Assembly: GCA_965197585.1 (NCBI GenBank)
Contig: OZ240215.1
Location: 1,568,001-1,632,000 of the forward strand
Origin: Dehalococcoidia bacterium
GTDB taxonomy: Bacteria; Chloroflexota; Dehalococcoidia; Plut-88900
Direction of reading: 5' to 3'
Length of the DNA: 64,000 nt
The notes beneath the pieces are model-generated. The model had not been told where the DNA came from and ran no database searches. It saw only the letters and a list, made by a program, of their open reading frames with translations. Both the position numbers and the translations under genes were made by a program. Below are positions 29,633-41,902 of the stretch, piece by piece (position 1 is the first letter of the stretch; each line of letters opens with the position of its first letter).

Positions 29633-30163
29633 CTGGTTCCTCTCTCTGGAGATTTGGGAGCCTTCCCTTGGGTGAGCTCCACGGGTTACGTAGTCACAAC
29701 CCGCCCAAAACCACCACCGCCGTACCCTCGCTTGTCTGGGACTCCTCGCTCCCGGCGTCGTCGGTATAGGTGGCTCGCACCGAGCGTCATTTCATAATTG
29801 GCGAAGGTTATAATCGCACTTTTGGGATTCTTTGCCAAGCTACGGCCTCCTATGTACCCCCTACATAGGCTGCGAAGCCGGGATTGCATGACAATGCCGT
29901 AGCGTCACCCCACTGGCAATTGCCCGGCCCGTCGCGCCCTGGACGACGGCATATCCAAAATCCTCGGCCTCCCTGACCTCGCCAAGCTAAGAGACCTCCT
30001 GGCCTCGGAACCCGTCATATCCAACCGGCCCTTATGATCCCAGCCCCCATCCCGAGCCCCCCCAATTGACCCCCCCCGAAGTGAGCCTGTCCGCCTAAGG
30101 CGGATCATTCCCGACCCCGAGAGCCGAAATCCACCCCCATCCCCCTCCCCCCAGTACTGAACT

Positions 30164-30204
30164 AGAGGGAGACGTTGGCGCGTCTGCGCCAACGTCTCCC
30201 TCTG
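30164..30204. repeat. Perfect inverted repeat (REP-like or terminator)
   Basis: AGAGGGAGACGTTGGCGC-GTCT-GCGCCAACGTCTCCCTCT. Confidence 0.7.
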
Positions 30205-30290
30205 TTCTTATCTCCCCCTCTCCCTTAATGGCCCTAAGGGAGAGGGGGATCAAGGGGGTGAGGGTTCCCGGTGGGGCTGGGGCGGTGTTC

Positions 30291-30940
30291 CCCCGAAAGT
30301 GACACGAACCCCTTGACCCGTGTGGAACACTAGTGCTATTATCCTCACCGTTCGAACACCAACCTAACTATCTCAAGGAGGAACCAAAAACCCAGGGAAG
30401 CCCACCCGACCCACCCGAGGACTCAACGCCCCAGCCCATCCCAACGGCCCTCGCGCAGGCCCGCGGCACAAGCGAAAGCGGAACGTCCGCCTATGGAGGA
30501 GCGCCATCTCCTCATCCCACCGGGTCCCGTATCCCCTTCCCTGACTCCCAGGCGATGGATGGTCCACAATTTTAAGCGGCACGCTCCCCTCAAAGGAGCC
30601 CTGCCCAAATGAGCCCCGCTCACGCCGGGCCAAACACCTCGGGCCTTTACGCCCTTGGAAATATCTCCCCCGTCGTTCCCTTCGGAGACCCCCATACAAC
30701 CAGCGACGGCAGCGAGAAAACGTGCTCCCCACCCCTCCGAGTGGGTCAGCCAAAACTGGTGGTAGAGATGCCCTCAAGCGAGAACCCCTCGCTTGTCTAC
30801 CACGTGATAACAGAAGCACGGGGCTGAACCAGGCTGGCCTCCCGCCCCCTGAATCCGAGTCCCGGACCTTCCATCGCCTGCCCTCCCCCAACAACCCAAA
30901 CCGAAACCCCACCCCCCACAACCGAATAAAAACCCGGCGA
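30291..30940 (+). repeat. Dispersed element copy 3 (closest to copy 4)
   Basis: 30375-30560 highly similar to the reverse complement of 60045-60212; 3' block CTTCCATCGCC...CCCCACAACnGAATAAAA shared. Confidence 0.85.
30313..30342 (+). promoter_or_regulatory. sigma70 promoter with LexA-type operator (element copy 3)
   Basis: TTGACC-18 bp-TATTAT; GAAC-ACTA-GTGC at 30325-30336; upstream AAAGTGACACGAACCCCTTGACC identical to copy 2. Confidence 0.65.
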
Positions 30941-31057
30941 GCCACTAACCTACCGGACCAGTTCCCCCAATTGACCCCCCACCCCCGACATGCTACCATC
31001 CCACCCTAGTGACCCCTATCACGCGGTAGGGGTCACATTCGGGTATAGAGCCACCCT

Positions 31058-31981
31058 GTGCTGGAAGAGTTAGCCGCCCACCCACCTGACAGACACACAG
31101 CCGTTGCCATCGGCGTGTTCGACGGTGTGCACCTTGGACACCAGGCCCTCTTCCAGACCACCATCGCCCAAGCCCAGGCCCGTGGCCTCGAATCAGCAGT
31201 CGTAACCTTCCGAAACCACCCCCTTACCGTCCTCTCGCCCACCTTCCAGCCCCGCTACCTCATGGACCTCGACACCCGGCTTAATGCCATAGGCTCATTG
31301 GGCATCGACCATACCGTCGCCATAAACTTCACCCGAGAAGTCTCCCAGCTAAGGGCCAGAGAGTTCGTGCAACGACTTTCCGAAGGTCTGAATATGAAGA
31401 CCTTAGTCTGTGGCCAGGACTTCGCCCTCGGCAAGAACCGAGAAGGAGACCTCGAGACCCTCACAAAGCTGGGAGAGGACTACGGTTACGAAGTAGTCTG
31501 CCAAGACGTAATCCAGGACGCCGACCTCACCGTAAGCAGCACCGCTATCCGACAAGCCCTCACAAAGGGCAACGTTGAACTGGCAATGCGCCTGATGACG
31601 AGGCCCTTCCGGCTCTCGGGGTCCGTGGTAGTCGGCGACAAGCGTGGACGCCTCCTCGGCTTCCCCACCGCCAACGTCGATGTCCCTCCCGACCGAGCCC
31701 TTCTGGCCGACGGCATATACGCCACCCGTGTCCTGCTCAATGACCGATGCCTCGACTCCATAACCTACGTCGGCAACAAACCCACCTTCGACGGCGAAAA
31801 ACGTGCCACTGAGGTCTACATCTTCGATTTCGACGAAGACATCTACGGCCGGTCCATCGATGTGGATTTCCTGGCCAAGATCAGGGGCGACATGCGCTTC
31901 TCCGGCGCCCAGGAGTTGATAGACCGGATGAACATTGACGTAGAAATGGCCCGAAATGCCCTCTCATCAATCCTCAGCTAA
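31058..31981 (+). CDS. ribF: Bifunctional riboflavin kinase/FAD synthetase
   Basis: IGVFDGVHLGHQ, VSSTAIR, RGRLLGFPTAN, EVYIFDF. Confidence 0.96.
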   Translation: MLEELAAHPPDRHTAVAIGVFDGVHLGHQALFQTTIAQAQARGLESAVVTFRNHPLTVLSPTFQPRYLMDLDTRLNAIGSLGIDHTVAINFTREVSQLRAREFVQRLSEGLNMKTLVCGQDFALGKNREGDLETLTKLGEDYGYEVVCQDVIQDADLTVSSTAIRQALTKGNVELAMRLMTRPFRLSGSVVVGDKRGRLLGFPTANVDVPPDRALLADGIYATRVLLNDRCLDSITYVGNKPTFDGEKRATEVYIFDFDEDIYGRSIDVDFLAKIRGDMRFSGAQELIDRMNIDVEMARNALSSILS

Positions 31982-33189
31982 TGACTACCAGCAAATACGA
32001 CTACATATTCAACCGCGGAGTCACCGAGGTAATCCGCCGCGAGGAGTTGGAGCAGCTCCTCGACGCTGGTAAGCCTCTCCGACTCAAAATGGGGTTCGAC
32101 CCCAGCCGCGCCGATATCCATCTTGGCCACACCGTCGGGCTCCGTAAACTGCGCCAGTTCCAGGACCTCGGCCACCGCGTAATCCTCATCGTCGGCGACT
32201 GGACCGCCCAGATCGGCGACCCCAGCGGCCAGTCCGCCACCCGGCAAATGCTCTCCGCCGAGACCGTCCGCGAAAACGCCCAGACCTACATGGACCAGTT
32301 CTTCAAGGTCGTGGACCGTGACCACACCGACGTCCGGTGGCAGAGCGAGTGGTTCGGCAACTTCACCCTCACAGAGGTCATATCCCTCACCAGCCGCTTC
32401 ACCGTCGCCCAGATCCTCGCCCGTGAGGACTTCTCCAACCGCTTCAAAGCCAACCGCCCCATCGCCATCACAGAGCTCCTATACCCACTCCTCCAGGCCT
32501 ACGACTCCACGGAGATTGAGGCTGACGTCGAGTTCGGCGGCACGGACCAGAAGTTCAACCTGCTCCTCGGCCGCGAGCTCCAGTCCATGGTAGGCCAGAG
32601 GCCCCAGCAGTGCCTGCTCGTCCCCATACTCGTCGGCACCGATGGCGTACAGCGCATGAGCAAGAGCCTCGACAACTACATAGGCGTCGCCGAGTCCCCC
32701 AAGGACACCTATTTCAAGGTCATGCGCCTCAACGACGACCTCATCCCCAACTACCTAGAACTCGTCACAGACATCTCGGACAACGATATCTCCGATGTCA
32801 AAGAAGCGATGGCATCCCGCTCCGTCAATCCCATCGAGATCAAGAAGCGCCTCGCCCGCAATATCGTCTCCCAGTTCCACTCCACCGAGTCCGCCTCCAC
32901 CGCCGAGACCGAGTTCGAACGCATCGTCCAGCGCAAAGTGGCCGACGACCTGGTCACTGAAGTTCCATTATCATCTCTCAATGCCGGAGAGACCGCTTTC
33001 ATCCCCCGGCTTCTCGTCGAACATAAGGCCGCTTCCTCCTCCGGCGAAGCCCGACGCCTCATAGACGGCGGCGGAGTCGAGATCGGCGGAGACAGGCTCT
33101 CCGAATACACTGTTGACCGCTCGAAGCTGGTGCCTGGCACCCGGATGAAAGTCGGCAAACGCCGTACCCTCATCTTCGTCGATAGCTAG
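31981..33189 (+). CDS. tyrS: Tyrosine--tRNA ligase
   Basis: GFDPS..HLGH, YPLLQAYD, GGTDQKFN, RMSKS, C-terminal S4-like domain. Confidence 0.97.
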   Translation: MTTSKYDYIFNRGVTEVIRREELEQLLDAGKPLRLKMGFDPSRADIHLGHTVGLRKLRQFQDLGHRVILIVGDWTAQIGDPSGQSATRQMLSAETVRENAQTYMDQFFKVVDRDHTDVRWQSEWFGNFTLTEVISLTSRFTVAQILAREDFSNRFKANRPIAITELLYPLLQAYDSTEIEADVEFGGTDQKFNLLLGRELQSMVGQRPQQCLLVPILVGTDGVQRMSKSLDNYIGVAESPKDTYFKVMRLNDDLIPNYLELVTDISDNDISDVKEAMASRSVNPIEIKKRLARNIVSQFHSTESASTAETEFERIVQRKVADDLVTEVPLSSLNAGETAFIPRLLVEHKAASSSGEARRLIDGGGVEIGGDRLSEYTVDRSKLVPGTRMKVGKRRTLIFVDS

Positions 33190-33239
33190 CGACCTTCTCC
33201 TCGGCGCTTAATCCGCTAAAATCTATTCGAGAAAGTGCT

Positions 33240-34349
33240 ATGACAAACGCAAAAGTCCACCTCCGTATCCCCGGCCCCACCCCCTGCCCCGAGGAAGTCC
33301 TCGAGGCCATGACCGCCCAGATGATAAATCACCGCGGGCCTGCGTTCAAAGACATCCTGGAGCGAGTCACCGACCGCCTCAAGCAGTTCTTCCAGACGGA
33401 CAACGACCTTTACGTCATGACCAGTTCGGGCACAGGCGCTATGGAAGCCTCGGTAGTGAACACCCTCTCGGCCGGAGACCGAGTCCTAGCCCTCACCATC
33501 GGCTCTTTCGGACAACGCTTCGTCCAGATCGCAGAGGCATTTGGTGCGGACGTAGTCAAATTGGAAGCCCCCTACGGCAAGGCCATCAACCCCGACGACG
33601 TAGACAAGGCCCTCGCCGACGACCCCTCCATCAAGGCCGTCCTAATCACCCACAACGAGACCTCCACCGGCGTAACTAACCCCCTCTGCTCTATCGCTGA
33701 GATCACCCGTTCCCACAATAGACTCATCCTCGTCGACGCCATCAGCAGCATCGGCTCCATCGACCTCCCCGTCGACGCCTGGGACTGTGATGTAGTATCC
33801 ACCGCCTCCCAAAAAGGCTGGATGGCACCGCCGGGCCTCTCCATGATCAGCGTCAGCCAGCGGGCGTGGGAAGCTTGGGAGTCTGCCAAAATGCCCCGCT
33901 TCCACTGGGATTTCGGGCAGCTGCAGTCCTATCTGGAGAAGGGCCAAACGCCCTGGACCCCCGCCGTTTCCACCTTCTACGCCCTCGACGCAGGCCTTGA
34001 AGTAATGGCTAAAGAGGGTCTCGCCAACATATTTGAACGCCACGCCTCCGTTGCCCGGCGGGCCCGAGACGGCGCTCGGTCCCTCGGTCTCTCCCTCCTC
34101 GCCGACGAAGAGATTGCCTCCAACACCGTCACCGCCATCAACGCCCCCGAAGGCATCGACCTCGCCCAACTCCTCAAGATCACCCGCGAGGAGTACGGCG
34201 TGGTCCTGGCCGGGGGCCCCGGCCCTCTTGCAGGCAGGGTATTCCGCATAGGTCACCTCGGTCACGTTACCGAGCAGGACATCGACGTGGTGATCGACAC
34301 CCTCCGAGAAGTCCTACAACGCCTCGGGTTCCGGGGATCGGGCCAGTAG
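33240..34349 (+). CDS. Alanine-glyoxylate/serine-pyruvate family aminotransferase (class V PLP)
   Basis: IPGPTP, HRGP, SGTGAME, HNETSTG, DAISS, SQKG, RIGHLG. Confidence 0.93.
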   Translation: MTNAKVHLRIPGPTPCPEEVLEAMTAQMINHRGPAFKDILERVTDRLKQFFQTDNDLYVMTSSGTGAMEASVVNTLSAGDRVLALTIGSFGQRFVQIAEAFGADVVKLEAPYGKAINPDDVDKALADDPSIKAVLITHNETSTGVTNPLCSIAEITRSHNRLILVDAISSIGSIDLPVDAWDCDVVSTASQKGWMAPPGLSMISVSQRAWEAWESAKMPRFHWDFGQLQSYLEKGQTPWTPAVSTFYALDAGLEVMAKEGLANIFERHASVARRARDGARSLGLSLLADEEIASNTVTAINAPEGIDLAQLLKITREEYGVVLAGGPGPLAGRVFRIGHLGHVTEQDIDVVIDTLREVLQRLGFRGSGQ

Positions 34350-36404
<2,055 letters not shown>

Positions 36405-37019
36405 ATGTGGCCCTTCAAGAAGAAAAAGTGGTCTGGCGGAGGCTTCGACCTGGCGGTGGTTGGCCTCGGTAACCCCGGCCCTGAATACGACGGCACCCGA
36501 CACAACGTCGGCTTCGACTGCGTCGACAAGTTCGCCTCCGAGCACGGCCTGAAGTGGACAGGGCGTCGCGGCCCCCTCAAGTGGGCCGAGGGTGGGGTAA
36601 CAATTGACGGTTCAGTCAAGCGTGTCCTCCTCGCCAAGCCCCGCACATTCATGAACCTCAGCGGCGAGGCCGTACGCTATATCACCACCCGCTGGTCCGT
36701 CCCCGAGACCAGCCTGCTCATAATCTACGACGACATGGACCTGCCCTTAGGCACTATCCGAATCCGTATGCACGGGAGCGCCGGGGGCCATAATGGGATC
36801 AAGTCCATCATCCGCGCTCTCGGTACCGAGAACATACCCCGCATAAGGGTTGGCATCGGGCGGGATGCCACGGGCCGGACTGGTGCCATCTCCCGGGTCC
36901 TCGGCCACTTCTCGGATGACGAAAGACAGGCTATGGACAGCTCAGTATCCACCGTCTCCGAGGCCATAGCCTGCATCCTGTCCAAGGACCTGGACGCGGC
37001 CATGTCCCGGTATAACTAG
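36405..37019 (+). CDS. pth: Peptidyl-tRNA hydrolase
   Basis: GLGNPG, TRHNVGF, KPRTFMNLSG, GGHNGIKS. Confidence 0.96.
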   Translation: MWPFKKKKWSGGGFDLAVVGLGNPGPEYDGTRHNVGFDCVDKFASEHGLKWTGRRGPLKWAEGGVTIDGSVKRVLLAKPRTFMNLSGEAVRYITTRWSVPETSLLIIYDDMDLPLGTIRIRMHGSAGGHNGIKSIIRALGTENIPRIRVGIGRDATGRTGAISRVLGHFSDDERQAMDSSVSTVSEAIACILSKDLDAAMSRYN

Positions 37020-37056
37020 CAGAGGCTTCCTCATTGGCAGCATTTGCCGCACCCTG

Positions 37057-37314
37057 CTATGGGACAATAACCTCCATAGCTTCCACCTCACCTTCCACGC
37101 CATAATCTGAGCTAGACTCCGCAACCCCGGAATGCCGAGGGTCCGGCAGGGGAAGGCCATCTTTTCTCATCTCCTCGACATACAGTCCCACAGCTTCTGC
37201 GATGAGCTGACACACCTCCTCCTTGGACTCGGCGGCTGCTATGCACCCCGGCAAATCCGGCGCATACGCACTGTAATTCCTGGGTCCCTTCTCGATTATT
37301 ACGGCGTATTTCAT
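37057..37314 (-). CDS. hicB: HicB-family antitoxin (short)
   Basis: MKYAVIIEK..YSAYAPDLPGC..GLPLP. Confidence 0.88.
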   Translation of the reverse strand: MKYAVIIEKGPRNYSAYAPDLPGCIAAAESKEEVCQLIAEAVGLYVEEMRKDGLPLPDPRHSGVAESSSDYGVEGEVEAMEVIVP

Positions 37315-37326
37315 GACCGCCTCGCT

Positions 37327-37515
37327 TTATTTCAAACCTGCCTGTTTCAGAATGTTGTTGTAGGTCCCTTTATGCAGATCGTATCCCTCATTTCCTGCGA
37401 TTACGACTGTGCCCGGCTTATCCGGGTGCTTATATATCCTATGACTCCCTCGCGTTCTTGCAAGTCGCCAGCCGTCCTCATGCACAATTCGCATAGCCTC
37501 TCTAACCTTTGGCAT
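37327..37515 (-). CDS. hicA: HicA-family toxin
   Basis: DGW..RGSHRIYKHP..GT..ILKQAGL. Confidence 0.92.
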   Translation of the reverse strand: MPKVREAMRIVHEDGWRLARTRGSHRIYKHPDKPGTVVIAGNEGYDLHKGTYNNILKQAGLK

Positions 37516-37535
37516 GTACGTCTACCCAATGATCC

Positions 37536-38312
37536 CTACCAGATACTCCAACCCCCATCGACCATAATCGTTTGGCCGGTTATGTAGCTGGAGTTCTCGG
37601 AGGCCAAAAGCAGCAGAAGCCCGACCAACTCCTCCGGCTGCCCGACCCTGTTCATAGGCGAAAGGGCCGAGAGTTCCGCCTTCACGTCGGGTAACTTCAG
37701 GAAACGGTCAGTCAGCTCGGTGTGAAAGAATCCTGGCCCGATCTGGTTGACCGTTACACCCCTCTTGGCCCACTGCTTGGCTGTCTCTCGGGTCAGTCCC
37801 GCCATCGCGTGCTTGGCCGTGCAGTACCCAATGCTGGGGTCGTTCTCCGGCGCGGCCTGCACTCCCTCCACCGAGGAGATGTTGATAATCCTGCCCCACC
37901 CCCTGTCGAGCATCACCCGACCCGCCTTCTGCGTCAGCATGAACACTCCGAAAAGGTTGGTGTCCAGAATGGTGCGGTATTCTTCAAGCGTCGTGGTTTC
38001 GGTCCACATCGCCATTCCGCCCCGAGCCGCGTTGTTCACCACGATGTCTATCCTGCCAAACTCCTCCATCGTCCTCGAGACCAGTTCGTCTATCTGGTCC
38101 TCCTGCGAAACGTCGGTCTGCATCACGAGGCACCGCCGTCCCCGCTCCCTCACCCCCTCGGCAGTCTGTTCCAGCCGCTCTTTCCGCCTCGCTGCCACCA
38201 CAACGTCCGCCCCCGCCTCGGCGAGCGCGTGGGCAAACACCACCCCGAACCCCGAGGATGCGCCCGTCACTATAGCCACCCTGTCTGTCAGATCGAACAA
38301 TTTCTCTATCAT
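37536..38312 (-). CDS. SDR family oxidoreductase
   Basis: TGASSGFG, NNA, YCTAK, VDGG. Confidence 0.94.
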   Translation of the reverse strand: MIEKLFDLTDRVAIVTGASSGFGVVFAHALAEAGADVVVAARRKERLEQTAEGVRERGRRCLVMQTDVSQEDQIDELVSRTMEEFGRIDIVVNNAARGGMAMWTETTTLEEYRTILDTNLFGVFMLTQKAGRVMLDRGWGRIINISSVEGVQAAPENDPSIGYCTAKHAMAGLTRETAKQWAKRGVTVNQIGPGFFHTELTDRFLKLPDVKAELSALSPMNRVGQPEELVGLLLLLASENSSYITGQTIMVDGGWSIW

Positions 38313-38334
38313 GGCTCCTCCTCAGTTAACGCGA

Positions 38335-38367
38335 AACGGCAACCTGCGCGCTGCGCAGGTTGCCGTT
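38335..38367. terminator. Inverted repeat after glnA (terminator or REP)
   Basis: AACGGCAACCTGCGC-GCT-GCGCAGGTTGCCGTT. Confidence 0.55.
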
Positions 38368-38380
38368 GCCTTGTCTCGTT

Positions 38381-39826
38381 CTAAGCGTGGTAGTACAGAG
38401 CGAACTCGAACGGGTGTGGTCTCATTCTCACCGGGTCGACCTCGTTGACCCGCTTGTATTCGATCCACGTCTCTATCAAGTCCGGCGTGAAGACGCCGCC
38501 CTTCAACAGGAAGTCGTGGTCGGCCTCCAGAGCGTCCAATGATTCTTCCAGGCTGCCAGGTACTTGGGGAATTCCCTTGGCTTCCTCCGCCGAGAGCTCG
38601 TACAGGTCCACGTCCATCGGGTCTCCGGGGTCCATCTTCTTCTCTATCCCGTCCAGCCCCGCCATCAACAGGGCCGAGAAGGCAAGATACGGGTTGGAAG
38701 TGGGGTCTGGAGGTCGGAACTCGATGCGTACCGCATTGGGCGAAGTCGAGTAGGCCGGAATCCTGATACAGGCGCTTCGGTTCCTGCGAGAGTAAATCAG
38801 GTTTACCGGGGCCTCGTACCCGGGGACTAGACGCTTGTAGGAGTTGGTGCCGGGAGCGCAGAAGGCCATCAAGGCCGGAGCGTGGGCCAGCAGACCGGCT
38901 ATGTAGTGTCGGCACATGTCGCTGGTGAAGGCGTAGCCGTCCCCGTAGAAGAGGTTGATGTCGTCTTTCCTCAGGCTCTGGTGGACGTGCATCCCCGTGC
39001 CGTTGTCCCCGAAGATCGGCTTGGGCATGAACGTCGCCGTCTTCCCGTGACGCTTGGCAACGTTCTTGGCAATGTACTTGTACAGCAATGCCTTGTCACC
39101 CATCTTGGTGAGCGTGTCGAACCGGATGCTGATTTCACTCTGGCCCCCGGTTGCCACCTCATGATGGTGCATTTCGACCCGGATCCCGACCTTCATCAGT
39201 TCCGTTGCTATATCGTTCCGGATGTCCGTGAGCGAATCCATGGGTGGAGCCGGAGAGTAACCCATCTTGGCTGGCGGCCTGTGTCCCAGGTTAGGAAAAG
39301 GTTTCCCTCTGTCTCCCATTGCCCTATCGGCCCCCCTATTCCAAACGGCCTCCTGCGAGTCTATGTAGTAGTACGCTGCATTTGGCTGGTTGTCGTACCG
39401 GATGTCGTCCAGGATGAAGAACTCCAACTCCGGCCCCCAGGCACTCGAATCGGCGATGCCCGTGCTTACTAGGTAGGCTTCCGCCTTCTTCGCAACGTAC
39501 CTCGGGTCCCGAGAATACTCACCACCCAGCACCGGGTCCCGTACGTCGCAGATCATACTGAGAGTCGGGCGCTCGAACACCGTGTCAATGAACGCGGACG
39601 CCGGATCGGGCACTATAAGCATGTCGCTTTCATTGATTGCCTGAAAGCCCCTGATGCTCGAACCGTCAAACCCCATCCCCTCTTCGAACAGCGCTTCATC
39701 CACCTCTACTGATGGCACCGAAAAGTGTTGAAGTCGCCCGAACAGGTCGGTGAACTTCAGGTCAACGTACTCTATCCCCTCGTCCTTACACCTCTTGATT
39801 ATGTCTTTGCCGCTGGTCTCCGCCAT
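38381..39826 (-). CDS. glnA: Glutamine synthetase type I
   Basis: FDGSSIRGF, HHEVATGGQ, TFMPKP..DNGTGMH, RNRSACIRIP, RIEFRPPD. Confidence 0.97.
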   Translation of the reverse strand: MAETSGKDIIKRCKDEGIEYVDLKFTDLFGRLQHFSVPSVEVDEALFEEGMGFDGSSIRGFQAINESDMLIVPDPASAFIDTVFERPTLSMICDVRDPVLGGEYSRDPRYVAKKAEAYLVSTGIADSSAWGPELEFFILDDIRYDNQPNAAYYYIDSQEAVWNRGADRAMGDRGKPFPNLGHRPPAKMGYSPAPPMDSLTDIRNDIATELMKVGIRVEMHHHEVATGGQSEISIRFDTLTKMGDKALLYKYIAKNVAKRHGKTATFMPKPIFGDNGTGMHVHQSLRKDDINLFYGDGYAFTSDMCRHYIAGLLAHAPALMAFCAPGTNSYKRLVPGYEAPVNLIYSRRNRSACIRIPAYSTSPNAVRIEFRPPDPTSNPYLAFSALLMAGLDGIEKKMDPGDPMDVDLYELSAEEAKGIPQVPGSLEESLDALEADHDFLLKGGVFTPDLIETWIEYKRVNEVDPVRMRPHPFEFALYYHA

Positions 39827-40091
39827 GGGGCCTCCTTTAATCGTGTGGTAACTCTCTTGCTCTTCTCTTGCTTGGTTACGTTAATGTCTCCCGTTGGCCG
39901 AATCACGCCGCGCAATCTCTAGAAATGTGTATTGTCGGTTCGGCGCGAGGCCGCAGGGGAATATACCAACTTGCCAACTCACACACAACGACGAACGCCC
40001 CACGGGCCCCGAAATTAGAGAGGGCGCCCTCCGGATGGAAGGGCGCCCTATACAAGACGTGTCCATTTCTCTTTGCGTACAGGTCGATCGG

Positions 40092-40910
40092 TTAGGCGTG
40101 GGCCAGCACGCCGCAAAAGGCCTCGTAGTCGATTAGTTCCGTGACCGTGGGGTTGTCGCCGCACACCGGGCAGTCCGGGTCTCGACGCACCTTCACCTGC
40201 CTGAATTCCATGTCCAGCGCATCGAAGATCATCAGCCGGCCCGTCAGTGGATCACCCAGCCCGAGCAACAACTTTATCGTCTCGATTGCCTGGATAGTCC
40301 CTATGATGCCCGGTAGAACTCCCAGCACTCCGGCTTCGGCGCAACTCGGCACCATGCCGGGGGGAGGGGGGTCCGGGTAGAGGCAGCGGTAGCAGCCCTT
40401 GTCATGGGTGAACACTGACGCTTGCCCCTCGAACAGAAATATGCTGCCGTGCACGTTCGGCTTCTTGGTCATTACGCAAGCGTCGTTGACAAGGTAGCGA
40501 GTGGGGAAGTTGTCCGTGCCGTCCACGATAACGTCGTAGTCGGCCATTATGTCGAAAATATTCTCGGAAGTGAGGCGTACGGGGTGGGATATGACGTTGA
40601 CGTCCGGGTTGATGCCCTTGAGCGTGTCCGTCGCCGAGTCCACCTTGGGCCTCCCCACGTCACTGTTTCGATGCAGTATCTGCCTCTGCAGGTTGGTGAG
40701 GTCTACTACGTCGAAATCTACGATCCCCAAAGTCCCGACCCCCGCAGCTGCCAAGTACAGCGCTGTCGGCGATCCAAGACCCCCCGCCCCGATCAGAAGC
40801 ACCTTCGAGTCAAGCAGTCTTCTCTGCCCTTTGCTCCCGACCTGCGGCATTATAAGATGTCTGCTGTATCTCTGGACCTGTTCTTTAGTGAAAGCGAGCG
40901 ACGTTGCCAT
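40092..40910 (-). CDS. moeB: MoeB/ThiF-family adenylyltransferase
   Basis: RYSRH, GAGGLG, NLQRQ, CYRC, CAEAGVLG, CPVC. Confidence 0.9.
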   Translation of the reverse strand: MATSLAFTKEQVQRYSRHLIMPQVGSKGQRRLLDSKVLLIGAGGLGSPTALYLAAAGVGTLGIVDFDVVDLTNLQRQILHRNSDVGRPKVDSATDTLKGINPDVNVISHPVRLTSENIFDIMADYDVIVDGTDNFPTRYLVNDACVMTKKPNVHGSIFLFEGQASVFTHDKGCYRCLYPDPPPPGMVPSCAEAGVLGVLPGIIGTIQAIETIKLLLGLGDPLTGRLMIFDALDMEFRQVKVRRDPDCPVCGDNPTVTELIDYEAFCGVLAHA

Positions 40911-41065
40911 TAAGACAATTCCTCCTAGGGATTCAAGCCTGTTTCTTCGGCCAGTCCATCCCCTTTTCCGCTATCCAATGACAATATATGATAACATAGC
41001 GCTCGCTCCCCTTCAATTTGGGTGCTAGCTAGAAAACGATAACACAGACCGGAGATACCGATCCT

Positions 41066-41707
41066 ATGGACACCATACAGTTGGCCGTAGATGTTCGCGA
41101 AGCAATGGGCAAGAAGGCCCGATTCCTGAGGCGCGATGGCCTCACCCCCGCCAATATCTACGGCCGAAACCTCGATTCCGTCGCCCTTCAACTCCCCTCC
41201 GCCGACCTTATCCAGGCACTGTCCCAGGGAGGCCAAAACGCTGTCCTGGACGTCAAGGTTAAGGGCGAGAAAACTGCCAGAACTGCCGTTATTCGCAACA
41301 TCCAACGTAATCCCGTCACTGACGTGGTAATCCACGTTGACTTCCTCCAAGTGGACGTCACCCGGGCCATCACCTCTGACGTGCCTCTGGTGTTTGTCGG
41401 AGAGTCACCCTTGCCCAAGACGCAGACAGTGATATCTCAGATCCTCGCATCCATACAGGTCTCCGGGCTGCCTATGCAAATCCCGAACTCAATTGAGGTA
41501 GACGTTTCGGTGCTGGAGGAAATAGACCAGTCGATATTCGTGCGTGACCTTCAGCTCCCCGACGACATTGAGGTCATCACAGACGGTGATCAGATGATAG
41601 TCAGGGCCACTCCGGGCCGCGTCGCAGAGGTGCTCCCCGGAGAAGAGACGGAGGACGCCGAAGACGGGATTCCCGCCGAGGCCCCCTCCGAATCAGAAGA
41701 ATCCTAA
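41066..41707 (+). CDS. rplY: 50S ribosomal protein L25/Ctc
   Basis: GKKARFLRRDGLTPANIYG, HVDF, C-terminal beta domain. Confidence 0.94.
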   Translation: MDTIQLAVDVREAMGKKARFLRRDGLTPANIYGRNLDSVALQLPSADLIQALSQGGQNAVLDVKVKGEKTARTAVIRNIQRNPVTDVVIHVDFLQVDVTRAITSDVPLVFVGESPLPKTQTVISQILASIQVSGLPMQIPNSIEVDVSVLEEIDQSIFVRDLQLPDDIEVITDGDQMIVRATPGRVAEVLPGEETEDAEDGIPAEAPSESEES

Positions 41708-41839
41708 CCCCTTGCTCTTGTCCTCCTGTCAATCTGAGGCTCCTTCTCTGTAATTCCGAGGCTCCGCGAGGAATCTGGGACTTGCCTAGCTTCGTCTCTC
41801 CTCTGTATGTCGCGCCCCATCCACCCTTTCTCGCCCCCA

Positions 41840-41887
41840 TTGACACCCTCTGTCCACTTTGTTATTATTTCCTTAGAACGCCCGTTC
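41840..41887 (+). promoter_or_regulatory. lexA promoter and autoregulatory SOS box
   Basis: TTGACA(41840)-17 bp-TATTAT(41863); GAAC-GCCC-GTTC at 41876-41887. Confidence 0.85.
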
Positions 41888-41902
41888 CCAACAGAGGTGC
41901 GC

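Noticed and set aside
39830-40090. Glutamine riboswitch, ANTAR hairpins or GlnR box upstream of glnA
   Set aside because: Some pairing potential and a GTAAC/GTTAC pair, but no convincing match to the known consensus motifs
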